Of a DNA stretch of 32,000 nucleotides, positions 24,114 through 31,524 are shown piece after piece (the stretch's first letter is position 1; each line of letters opens with the position of its first letter). The stretch spans positions 690,001 through 722,000 of the forward strand of contig NC_015931.1 of NCBI RefSeq assembly GCF_000223395.1, given 5' to 3'. This DNA is from Pyrolobus fumarii 1A. GTDB taxonomy: Archaea; Thermoproteota; Thermoprotei_A; Sulfolobales; Pyrodictiaceae. The notes beneath the pieces are model-generated. The model was not told where the DNA came from, made no database searches, and worked only from the letters and a program-made list of their open reading frames with translations. Made by a program: the position numbers and the translations under genes.

Positions 24114-25055
24114 TTATCTTAAAACGTTAATATTGCCAAACAACGATGATAATTTATCCAGCATTTTACAGCCTTTGGGAGGAGGCACTACCAGGGGTAC
24201 AGTACTTATCTCCATACCCCTACTTATCGCGATCTCCTTTGTCACTTGAAGTGTCCCACTAGCTATACCTGCTAAGATGCTGAATGGTTTGCAAGACTGG
24301 CATACCTCACCTGTGACTACCCTGTTGACGATTATCGCTTTTGGTTTTAGATTATAGGATTCGAGTGCATGGAGAATCTCACGTACCTGCCACTCACCTC
24401 CAAACGCATCGACAACCACTATCGGCACGTGAGTCTCAGAGTGTATCGTTTGTAGGATTTCCTCTGCGAGTTTTCTCCACGACTTGATTATCTTGTCTAT
24501 GGGTTCGTGCCCGCCGATCCGCAGTTTCGAGTATATCCTTGGCGCGAGGCGCAGGTGGCGATACAGTTTCTCCTCGAGCTCTAGCATGAGGAGGCCTCCG
24601 CCAGCACCTGGTGTATCCCATACTACTGCGTCAAACCTCTTCAACCCCTCAACGACCATCATGAGGTACACTTGTTCTAGTATCCAGGGAGCCTCCTCCA
24701 GGTAGGACAGGAGCGTCTCCTTGTCGACATCGAAGAGTAGACTAAAGACCTTGTATATCTCGTCGCCGAACCGCTCTCTCCACATGCGAGACGCGAGTTC
24801 CTTAGATACGGCTAGCACCTGCACCCCGCAAGCCTCGAACCACTCACCAGGCTTGCCAGTGCCCAGCACATCGATTATGCTTGGGAAGATGTCCGTGGAT
24901 ATCAGCCCGACATTCAAGCCGCGCTTACGAAGCGAGATGGCAAGGGCGGCCGCGAGGGTCGACTTTCCGACCCCGCCCTTCCCCCAGAGGCTTACCAGGA
25001 GGGGTCGGTGCGCCGGACTCTCAGCACCCGCCTCAGCCTCTAGTGTACTCCCCAT
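24114..25055 (-). CDS. ArsA/Get3-like P-loop ATPase
   Basis: Deviant Walker A GKGGVGKST, ISTDIFPS (compare ArsA STDPAHS), FDAVVWDTPGAGGGLLMLELEEKL (compare DTAPTGHTLRLL) and the C-terminal VNRVVTGEVCQSC. Confidence 0.8.
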   Translation of the reverse strand: MGSTLEAEAGAESPAHRPLLVSLWGKGGVGKSTLAAALAISLRKRGLNVGLISTDIFPSIIDVLGTGKPGEWFEACGVQVLAVSKELASRMWRERFGDEIYKVFSLLFDVDKETLLSYLEEAPWILEQVYLMMVVEGLKRFDAVVWDTPGAGGGLLMLELEEKLYRHLRLAPRIYSKLRIGGHEPIDKIIKSWRKLAEEILQTIHSETHVPIVVVDAFGGEWQVREILHALESYNLKPKAIIVNRVVTGEVCQSCKPFSILAGIASGTLQVTKEIAISRGMEISTVPLVVPPPKGCKMLDKLSSLFGNINVLR

Positions 25056-25091
25056 CCCCCGTGCTCCACCCTAGCCTGGGAGGGGACAACC

Positions 25092-25577
25092 CTACCCTTT
25101 ACCTTCGATGAGCGCCCGCACCCTCTCTACGAGCTTCTCTACCTGCACCAGCGCCTCTTTCACATCCTCGGCGTTGCACCATCCCTCATAGAAGCAGATG
25201 TACGTACCGTTAGCACTCATCCAGGCATTGTACACCCAGCTTCCAAACTCCCTCTTTAACCTCCTTGCATACTCCCATAGCTCACCATGACTACTCAACC
25301 TTTTCCTCTCTCTATGCCACGCATAAGCTTTGATTGCGAGCGCAGCAGCACCCCATATCTTCTCGGCAGCTTGCCTCACGTTACCCTTTTCAGCTTCCTC
25401 TCGGGCCTCCTGGAGAAGCAGATAGGCAGCCTCAATGTACTCGCGGGCCCTTTCATCCGGATCTTGGCTCGAGACTAGGAGTTCAGCTAGATACTCGTCG
25501 GGAGTGACACCGTGCTTCTCGGCCTCCCGTAGGATGCGATCTAGGAGTGAACGAGATAGGACAATAGGTGTGGTCAA
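25092..25577 (-). CDS. PaREP1-family protein with an N-terminal RHH-like segment (paralog 2)
   Basis: AAEKIWGAAALAIKAYA...KRLSSHGELWEY...FYEGWC. The N-terminus PIVLSRSLLDRILREAEKHGVTPDEYLAELLV is RHH-like. Similar along its full length to 13125-13616. Confidence 0.8.
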   Translation of the reverse strand: MTTPIVLSRSLLDRILREAEKHGVTPDEYLAELLVSSQDPDERAREYIEAAYLLLQEAREEAEKGNVRQAAEKIWGAAALAIKAYAWHRERKRLSSHGELWEYARRLKREFGSWVYNAWMSANGTYICFYEGWCNAEDVKEALVQVEKLVERVRALIEGKG

Positions 25578-25594
25578 TCCCAGTCGCCCCTAGA

Positions 25595-26170
25595 CTAGAT
25601 AGGCTCCTTGTACCATAGTTGCGTCATCCTGCTGCGCTTAAGCTTCCACATCTCACGCTCAAGGAACCTGTATACCGTGCTATGTTGGCGTCCCTCAATG
25701 AGCATCTCTATTGCCTCGCGGGCAGCCTGAGCCGACTCATAGTCGCCTATTATAGCCACGTAGCTGTCATATACCGATATGTAGGTGCCGGTCATCTCCT
25801 CTATTGTGCGCCTCGCCCTGCCCTGCTCGCCTATGATGCGCCCCTTTATCCTCTGCAGGTGGTTCGGCGCGTCACCAACATACTGCTTTAAGTCAATGAC
25901 TATCAGCACCTGGTCCTCGTCCAGCACCCTCATTGCGCGCTCCGGGCTAAAGCCGTAAGCTACGGCGCGGACAAACTCGCGTGCTTTCATCACCATGTAT
26001 GGCGGGACATCCGGCGACTCCGGCTCAATAATCACGGTACCATTCTTGCTATCGACCGTTATCCTCGTCCGCGTCCTCTTCATCACCTCCTCCTTAACCT
26101 TACCACACTCGCCGATCAGCACTCCGATACGGTCGAGGGGCACCCTCTCATAGAGCCTTAGGAGGGGCAT
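25595..26170 (-). CDS. KH-domain RNA-binding protein, aDim2/Pno1-like
   Basis: Two KH-type segments (RIGVLIGECGKVKEEV and RIKGRIIGEQGRARRTIEEMTG) with archaeal Dim2-like length and layout. ATG 26170 preferred over the track TTG 26209. Confidence 0.75.
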   Translation of the reverse strand: MPLLRLYERVPLDRIGVLIGECGKVKEEVMKRTRTRITVDSKNGTVIIEPESPDVPPYMVMKAREFVRAVAYGFSPERAMRVLDEDQVLIVIDLKQYVGDAPNHLQRIKGRIIGEQGRARRTIEEMTGTYISVYDSYVAIIGDYESAQAAREAIEMLIEGRQHSTVYRFLEREMWKLKRSRMTQLWYKEPI

Positions 26171-26316
26171 CGCGGAGTGGGCATCTTTGAAACGCTGCTC
26201 ACCGGTCAACTGTTACACCCCGCCCGAGAAAATGGGAAGGTTGCAACCAGGGTGTCTAATACCCGCCTATCCTATTGAAACGTAACGGCGGTGATGTGGG
26301 CCAGGATTCGCCGACC

Positions 26317-27294
26317 CTAGACGGGGTTGAGGCGATCTCCCGAAGGCTGAGCCAACAGGCTGTAGACACGCCTCAGTATATCCTCGGCCTCGCCGCGTGC
26401 CAGGCCTAACAGCCTCTCGGCCTCGTAGATGGGCTTACCCTGCACCACTAGCAACACCAGCAGCACAATCTCTTTCTCGCTAAGCTCGTGATAGGCGCCC
26501 ATCGAGTGCAGTATGTGCAGCCCGAGGAGCAGCACATCATGCACACTCTCGTAGGCTAGTTTACCATGCAGGAACAACTGGAGCCTCCCTAGCTGCTCGC
26601 TAGACAAGTTTGGAGCCTCGCAGCCACTCGGGATACCCTTCAAGAGAAGCGCCACTATCTCAGCCGGCATATCCCGAAACACGCTAGAACCACTGTACAC
26701 CAAGCGACGCAAGAGACTACAAGATGCTACGCCAACCAGCCTAGCGGCTTTCTCGCCAAGCGGCTTGATCACGACGATGTTCTTCTCGCCGGTTGCCGGG
26801 TTGAACCTGGGCGAGACGTGAACCGGGATGTACCCATTCCTTAGCCAGAAGGCTAAGGGCTCATAATGCCCGAAACTGGCGCCAACCCACTCAACACCCT
26901 CGCTGGCCGCGATACGCTCTAGCTCTCGGAGCATAGCACTGCCGACACCACGCCTCTGTATACAAGGCGCCACCGCGATCCTAACAACACGGTAGCCGGG
27001 GCCAGGGTCGCCCCAACCCATCCTCACAAACACATCGGGTATGACTCCGCGCCCTCTGCTCCCCTCTCTAGGCTCGAGAACCGCGTCCAACGCGCCACCG
27101 ACAGCATCATCGACAAAAGCTACTAGCAGACGGTGACCAGGCGCCTCAATGATAAGCTGTAGGTCGTTGGGAGAGTTCCTGTAGTGCGCAACAGCAAGAA
27201 CAGCATAGATAGACTCGAGGAGCCCCTCATCCTCAACCAAAAGCCTACGGTCGACTTCCTCTATCCTTAGTCTCAGCGCGGATTCCCTCATCAC
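26317..27294 (-). CDS. tmcA: tRNA(Met)/RNA cytidine acetyltransferase (TmcA/Nat10-type), GNAT plus tRNA-binding half only; possible gene fragment or split gene
   Basis: AHYRNSPNDLQLIIEAPGHRLLV, RIAVAPCIQRRGVGSAML (acetyl-CoA Q/R-x-x-G-x-G) and GASFGHYEPLAFWLRNGYIPVHVSPRFNPATGEKNIVVIKPL match the C-terminal half of TmcA/Nat10. The N-terminal DUF1726 and helicase/ATPase module is absent. An in-frame TGA lies two codons upstream of the GTG start. Confidence 0.8.
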   Translation of the reverse strand: MMRESALRLRIEEVDRRLLVEDEGLLESIYAVLAVAHYRNSPNDLQLIIEAPGHRLLVAFVDDAVGGALDAVLEPREGSRGRGVIPDVFVRMGWGDPGPGYRVVRIAVAPCIQRRGVGSAMLRELERIAASEGVEWVGASFGHYEPLAFWLRNGYIPVHVSPRFNPATGEKNIVVIKPLGEKAARLVGVASCSLLRRLVYSGSSVFRDMPAEIVALLLKGIPSGCEAPNLSSEQLGRLQLFLHGKLAYESVHDVLLLGLHILHSMGAYHELSEKEIVLLVLLVVQGKPIYEAERLLGLARGEAEDILRRVYSLLAQPSGDRLNPV

Positions 27295-27885
27295 TCGTCA
27301 GCCTGGCTAGGATTCAGCACCAGTTTACAATATGATGGTCAGCCGCCGCTGAAGTCCACATCGCCCATAGTTTGGGCTTAGGTAACCGGAGTTTCTCATC
27401 ACCCAGCTGGTATGCGATGTTTCGCCAGGGTTAACTATCTTGAGCTAAACCTACCTCAACTAAGCTACACACCCCAACCTATACCACCACAGTTCAATTC
27501 TATCTCAATAACACGTCGTTATCGCTACATAACACCGGCGAGACCAAGTATAACATATGCTAAGGCACATACTATGCATATTGAACTATACAACTATAAA
27601 CTGATATATTCCGATATGCATCCCACCCTTTATTCACAAATTGCTCATAATCTTCGAATTCGTTTTCACATACTCTACCCATACTTTTACAGTACATGAT
27701 GCACGTCAATCTGGTTTTCAACGCGAATATAATCATTATGCACATGATGTTTGTTTGCACGCTATACATAGAGATACGTATAGCATTTTAACCATTCGTA
27801 TACGATTACACATGTTGTATGAGTATCAATGGTATATTTGTTGTAGGTTTATGAGCTCAATACCAATGGTACTGGTTTTAACGGG

Positions 27886-28455
27886 ATGGGGTCCGGCCAG
27901 GATATGCACGGGCCTAAGGGGTTGGGATTGGGCGAAGCAATGAGCGGTATAAGCGGAAAGGAAACTGTACAACTGCGCCTAGTTAATGTGATTATTGCTG
28001 CATATCAATACGCTCTACACAAGACGCTTGGCAGCAGCTCGGGTGCGATGACACAACTACTCATAACCAATCTCGGCGACGAGCTTGTCCATATGCTTGA
28101 AGAGACTGGGGTGAGCATTACAGCTGAGACGGATCCCGCGGATGCAATATCAAATGCTCTTCGCGAGCTAGGTATAGCGAAACACGTTGAAGTGGTAAAA
28201 CCCGAGACACAGAGTGTAGGCGAGGAGTACATCATCAAGGTTTACGATAGCGTGTTTCGCGAGATACCAAAGTTTCTTGCCAAGCTTGGCGTCAAGTATA
28301 CTCTCAGCCCAGAAGCGTTGCTGGTAGCCGCAATCATACGCGCTTATCTGCGCAAGAAGGATCCGAACGCTCGTGTAAATGTAACTGTTGACGAATATGC
28401 ACCAGACAAGCCACTGACCATCCGTGTTAAGATACTAAGGGCGCTCAAGACCTAG
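27886..28455 (+). CDS. Hypothetical protein (189 aa; 171 aa from ATG 27940)
   Basis: Clean ORF with host-like composition and a T-rich terminator. No motif recognised. The layout only faintly recalls V4R/COG1719-type ligand-binding proteins, and the usual Cys residues are missing. Confidence 0.5.
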   Translation: MGSGQDMHGPKGLGLGEAMSGISGKETVQLRLVNVIIAAYQYALHKTLGSSSGAMTQLLITNLGDELVHMLEETGVSITAETDPADAISNALRELGIAKHVEVVKPETQSVGEEYIIKVYDSVFREIPKFLAKLGVKYTLSPEALLVAAIIRAYLRKKDPNARVNVTVDEYAPDKPLTIRVKILRALKT

Positions 28456-28483
28456 TAGTTAGACCTCTGCTCAGCTATGTCTC

Positions 28484-28498
28484 GTTTTATATTTTTTT
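28484..28498 (+). terminator. T-rich tract (GTTTTATATTTTTTT) after the 27886-28455 gene
   Basis: Lies 29-43 nt past the stop and contains a T7 run at 28492-28498. Overlaps the 3' end of the convergent Nudix ORF. Confidence 0.4.
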
Positions 28499-29003
28499 AT
28501 ATCTTTTCAAGTATGCATTCACCACACCTACAGATTATTCTCAGCTTTATGCCTGGCTCCCAGGCTTCCAGAAACGTTCTTGTTGAGGGTGTAAGCTTTA
28601 GCCTTGTGAGCTCGCCCCACCCAAACCAGCGTGCATCTTCTGCATCGCTCGAGGCGCGAGGCTGACTTGAGCTTCTACCCCAGAATACTATAATCAGGAA
28701 GTGGTAGTTTGTGCACATCACCTCTGCTATGCCAGCGATACCGTCAACCTTAACGTCGGCTATACCGGTTTCCTCGCGGAGCTCGCGGAGAGCTGCGGAT
28801 AGAGTGTCCTCCCCGTGTTCCACGCGGCCGCCTGGTAAGCTCCAGTAGCCACGATACGGCTCGGATGCACGTTTAACGAGAAGCACCTTTCCATTGTTGA
28901 GCAGCAGTATAGATGAGGCGAGTATGGGGCTCCGGGCCCGCAGGGCTCGCAGCACCGGCCCCCATAGGTTAAGGGGCCTCAGCCTTTCCTCTTCTGCATC
29001 CAC
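28497..29003 (-). CDS. Nudix hydrolase
   Basis: Nudix box [24 protein letters not shown] (G-x5-E-x7-REUxEExGU). GTG start. Confidence 0.85.
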   Translation of the reverse strand: MDAEEERLRPLNLWGPVLRALRARSPILASSILLLNNGKVLLVKRASEPYRGYWSLPGGRVEHGEDTLSAALRELREETGIADVKVDGIAGIAEVMCTNYHFLIIVFWGRSSSQPRASSDAEDARWFGWGELTRLKLTPSTRTFLEAWEPGIKLRIICRCGECILEKI

Positions 29004-29069
29004 CCCCCGAGCCTCATAGCCCCGTTTACAAGAGGCACAGGAACCTCTTATTAAAATAAGGAGACTAGG

Positions 29070-29351
29070 TCATGCAGGCTCGAGTATGGGCTCCTCGGGG
29101 GGCTCGGGTAGCGCGGCCCTCGCCTCAGATGTCTCTCCCTGAGCCGCCTCCTCGATTAGATAGGATAATGCCATGTGAGCGTCCAGCTCCCCACGCATAC
29201 TAGTCACTAGGGCGCGGAGGGCGGGCCTATCCTCTGCTAGGAGTACGGCCTCTATCTCCGAGAGCACCTCCATCGCATAGCGGATGGCGAGCCTATACTC
29301 CGTAGCGAGATCGCGTAGAACCTCCGCCACGCGCACGCACCATGCACTCAT
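29070..29351 (-). CDS. Small helical hypothetical protein with an acidic/Pro-rich tail
   Basis: ORF upstream of and co-directional with the Nudix gene (66-nt gap). ATG 29351 preferred over the track start 29411. No recognisable motif. Confidence 0.4.
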   Translation of the reverse strand: MSAWCVRVAEVLRDLATEYRLAIRYAMEVLSEIEAVLLAEDRPALRALVTSMRGELDAHMALSYLIEEAAQGETSEARAALPEPPEEPILEPA

Positions 29352-29499
29352 ATTGGGTTGAGGGCGGGAGGAATCCCCTCGGCGCCGTATCCCCCCAGTG
29401 TCACCCAACACTCACCGCGCTACAGCGTTCCAGAGATACTCATAGTAACACATGGTGCAGCGCTTCGTCCGGTAAAGCATAGACACTGTTTCTAGTCTC

Positions 29500-30207
29500 T
29501 TGGCCGCTGGGGTGGGTAGCATCAAGTGTGTCATCTCCGAGGTTTTCGTTAGCCTGCAGGGTGAGGGGCCGCGGATAGGCACGCCAGCTTTGTTCGTGCG
29601 TCTCGCTGGTTGCAACCTAAGATGCCCCTGGTGCGACACGAAGTATGCATGGAGCGCGGGTAGACAAACATCTGTTGACGAACTCGTACACCACGTCGAG
29701 AAGATTGTTAATACGACCGGCGTACGTCTCCTGGTGTTCACGGGCGGCGAGCCACTTTTACAACGCGAGTGTCTAGTCACTCTCCTCGAGGAGCTGGGCT
29801 CCAGGGGTGTACATATAGAGGCTAGCATCGAGACTAATGGGACTATACCGCCGGGCCCGCTAGCCTATATGCTAGACCATGCAGTTATCTCGCCAAAACT
29901 GAGCAACAGCAACTATGGAGGCACAAACAAACCCTTATCGACACGCGTTGCACAGGAATGGTTACGCTTATACCATGAGAAGTTCCTACCGGTATACTGG
30001 AAGTTCGTAATTGGCTCCAGAGACGATCTCATCGAGGTTGACGAGTTTGTAGACAGGCATGGTATCAATCCCCAGGATGTATGGCTAATGCCCCTGTCAA
30101 CGTCTATCGAGGAGCAGACCAGGCTATTGCCACTACTAGCAGGTCACGCTATAAGACGCGGATATAACGTCACGCCTAGATTGCAGCACTTGGCGCGCAT
30201 AAAGTGA
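29500..30207 (+). CDS. queE: 7-carboxy-7-deazaguanine synthase (radical SAM)
   Basis: ISEVFVSLQGEGPRIGTPALFVRLAGCNLRCPWCDTKYAW is the QueE N-terminal signature, followed by FTGGEPLL. Start TTG 29500 or GTG 29512. Confidence 0.85.
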   Translation: MAAGVGSIKCVISEVFVSLQGEGPRIGTPALFVRLAGCNLRCPWCDTKYAWSAGRQTSVDELVHHVEKIVNTTGVRLLVFTGGEPLLQRECLVTLLEELGSRGVHIEASIETNGTIPPGPLAYMLDHAVISPKLSNSNYGGTNKPLSTRVAQEWLRLYHEKFLPVYWKFVIGSRDDLIEVDEFVDRHGINPQDVWLMPLSTSIEEQTRLLPLLAGHAIRRGYNVTPRLQHLARIK

Positions 30208-30604
30208 CGCTAGTCATAAACAAGCAAACCTAGAACTGTTGATGCTGACAGATGCTAACCATTACCTCCGGCAATAGAAGTCGTATAAAGCTAGCGATTA
30301 AATCATTATTCCCACTCTGGTTCTCTTCGCGGGAGGACACTTACAATGGTTAAGACCCTATAACGCCTAGCGAGATTATCATAGATTTGCGGCTCTTAGC
30401 TCTTACAGTGACCATTGAGGCCACCAGAGAGTCTACATGCTATACACACCTTGAAAGCATACCAGTAGATTATGTCTTCTCGCCCGAGTTGCCCACCCCC
30501 TATCAGCGGGAGCTAAAGAGCCCAGTCTCCTAAGCTACTGGGTGTAAGCTTACCGTAAGTGGCTTGATCCGCTAGGCGCCTCCATGGTTACCGGGAGTGC
30601 TCTT

Positions 30605-31024
30605 ATGCCGCGATATAAGCTTCCTGAAGAGTGGGTTGAGAAGGCTAGGGTTTTCGTTGAGGATGCTGAGAGGCATATAGAGGCGGGTCACTATTGGCTT
30701 GCATGCTTTGAGGCTCAACAAGCTGCCGAGTTGTACCTTAAGGCGTTGATAACTGCTGTTGCGGGTGTCCATCCATTCACACACGACCTTGTTGAGCTTC
30801 TCGAGGCTCTACGTGACCTCGGTTTCAACGTGCCCGAAGAGCTATACGTATATGCAGATGCACTTACACCCCACTATACACTGGCTAGATACCCGGGTAG
30901 AAAGCCGGTAACGTATAACAAGGGGCTCGCCAAGAGGTGCGTTAGATATGCAAGAATACTCATCGAGTGGGTTGAGAGCCAAGCTGCTCAAAGCGATGGC
31001 GGAGAGACTAAGGAGACAGGATAA
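30605..31024 (+). CDS. HEPN domain protein (cassette 2)
   Basis: YWLACFEAQQAAELYLKALI...FTHDLVELL...HYTLARYPG. Paralog of 20392-20808. ATG 30605 aligns with the paralog N-terminus; the track start is 30584. Confidence 0.85.
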   Translation: MPRYKLPEEWVEKARVFVEDAERHIEAGHYWLACFEAQQAAELYLKALITAVAGVHPFTHDLVELLEALRDLGFNVPEELYVYADALTPHYTLARYPGRKPVTYNKGLAKRCVRYARILIEWVESQAAQSDGGETKETG

Positions 31025-31337
31025 GCTTCTAATGGAGTACGTGAAGAGAATCCTTGACAACTACCCTCACGCAAGGGTGATACTTATAGGCTCTCGTGCA
31101 CGAGGCACCCAACTACCCTACAGCGATTTTGATCTCGTGGTCGTGCTACCCAGGGTACACGATAAGCTCACGCTAATAGAGGAGCTGAGGAGACTCAAGC
31201 CTAGAGGGCTAAACCTAGACCTCATAGTACTCGAGGAAAGCGAGTTATCCGATCCGATAGTGAAGAAGATGCTCAAGAACAGCATAGATCTTCACAATCC
31301 TCATAATGCACGTAATGTAGATACACGTTCCTCTTAG
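30948..31337 (+). CDS. Minimal nucleotidyltransferase (MNT), cassette 2
   Basis: VILIGSRARGTQLPYSDFDLVVV is the canonical GSxARG...SDxDL NTase motif. Overlaps the HEPN gene by 77 nt in the +1 frame. Confidence 0.8.
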   Translation: MQEYSSSGLRAKLLKAMAERLRRQDKLLMEYVKRILDNYPHARVILIGSRARGTQLPYSDFDLVVVLPRVHDKLTLIEELRRLKPRGLNLDLIVLEESELSDPIVKKMLKNSIDLHNPHNARNVDTRSS

Positions 31338-31457
31338 GAGGCGCTCTAAACGTCAATAGAGGGACGTAAAAGTCTATCCATGGATCGTATAGAGCATATA
31401 GGGGTAAAATGAGGACATCCACGCCATGGAGCACGCCACGAACGCATCAATTTATTC

Positions 31458-31469
31458 AAAAAAAAAAAA
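31458..31469 (-). terminator. Oligo-T (T12 on the minus strand) downstream of the coiled-coil gene
   Basis: The plus strand has A12 at 31458-31469, 56-67 nt past the stop at 31525. Confidence 0.5.
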
Positions 31470-31524
31470 TGTGCGATTAACGGCGGATATCTATCATGCC
31501 TACATACAATTAGCATTCTAGGCG

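Noticed and set aside
24114-25577. RHH protein plus Walker-type ATPase read as a type Ib ParA/ParG-like partition module
   Set aside because: The ATPase has ArsA/Get3-specific motifs (STD..., DTxPxG...L) rather than ParA features. The other RHH-PaREP1 paralog has no ATPase neighbour.
27412-27943. Track ORFs 27412-27699 (+), 27641-27943 (+) and 27572-27769 (-) in the AT-rich island
   Set aside because: Their length is explained by the G-poor plus strand, which has few TAG/TGA stops. The translations are Tyr/Ile/His/Pro-rich and show no domain-like pattern. They are kept only as a caveat in the island finding.
29412-29828. 138-aa minus-strand ORF opposite queE
   Set aside because: The plus frame carries the unmistakable QueE signature (QGEG...GCNLRCPWCDT). 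The minus ORF is its shadow.
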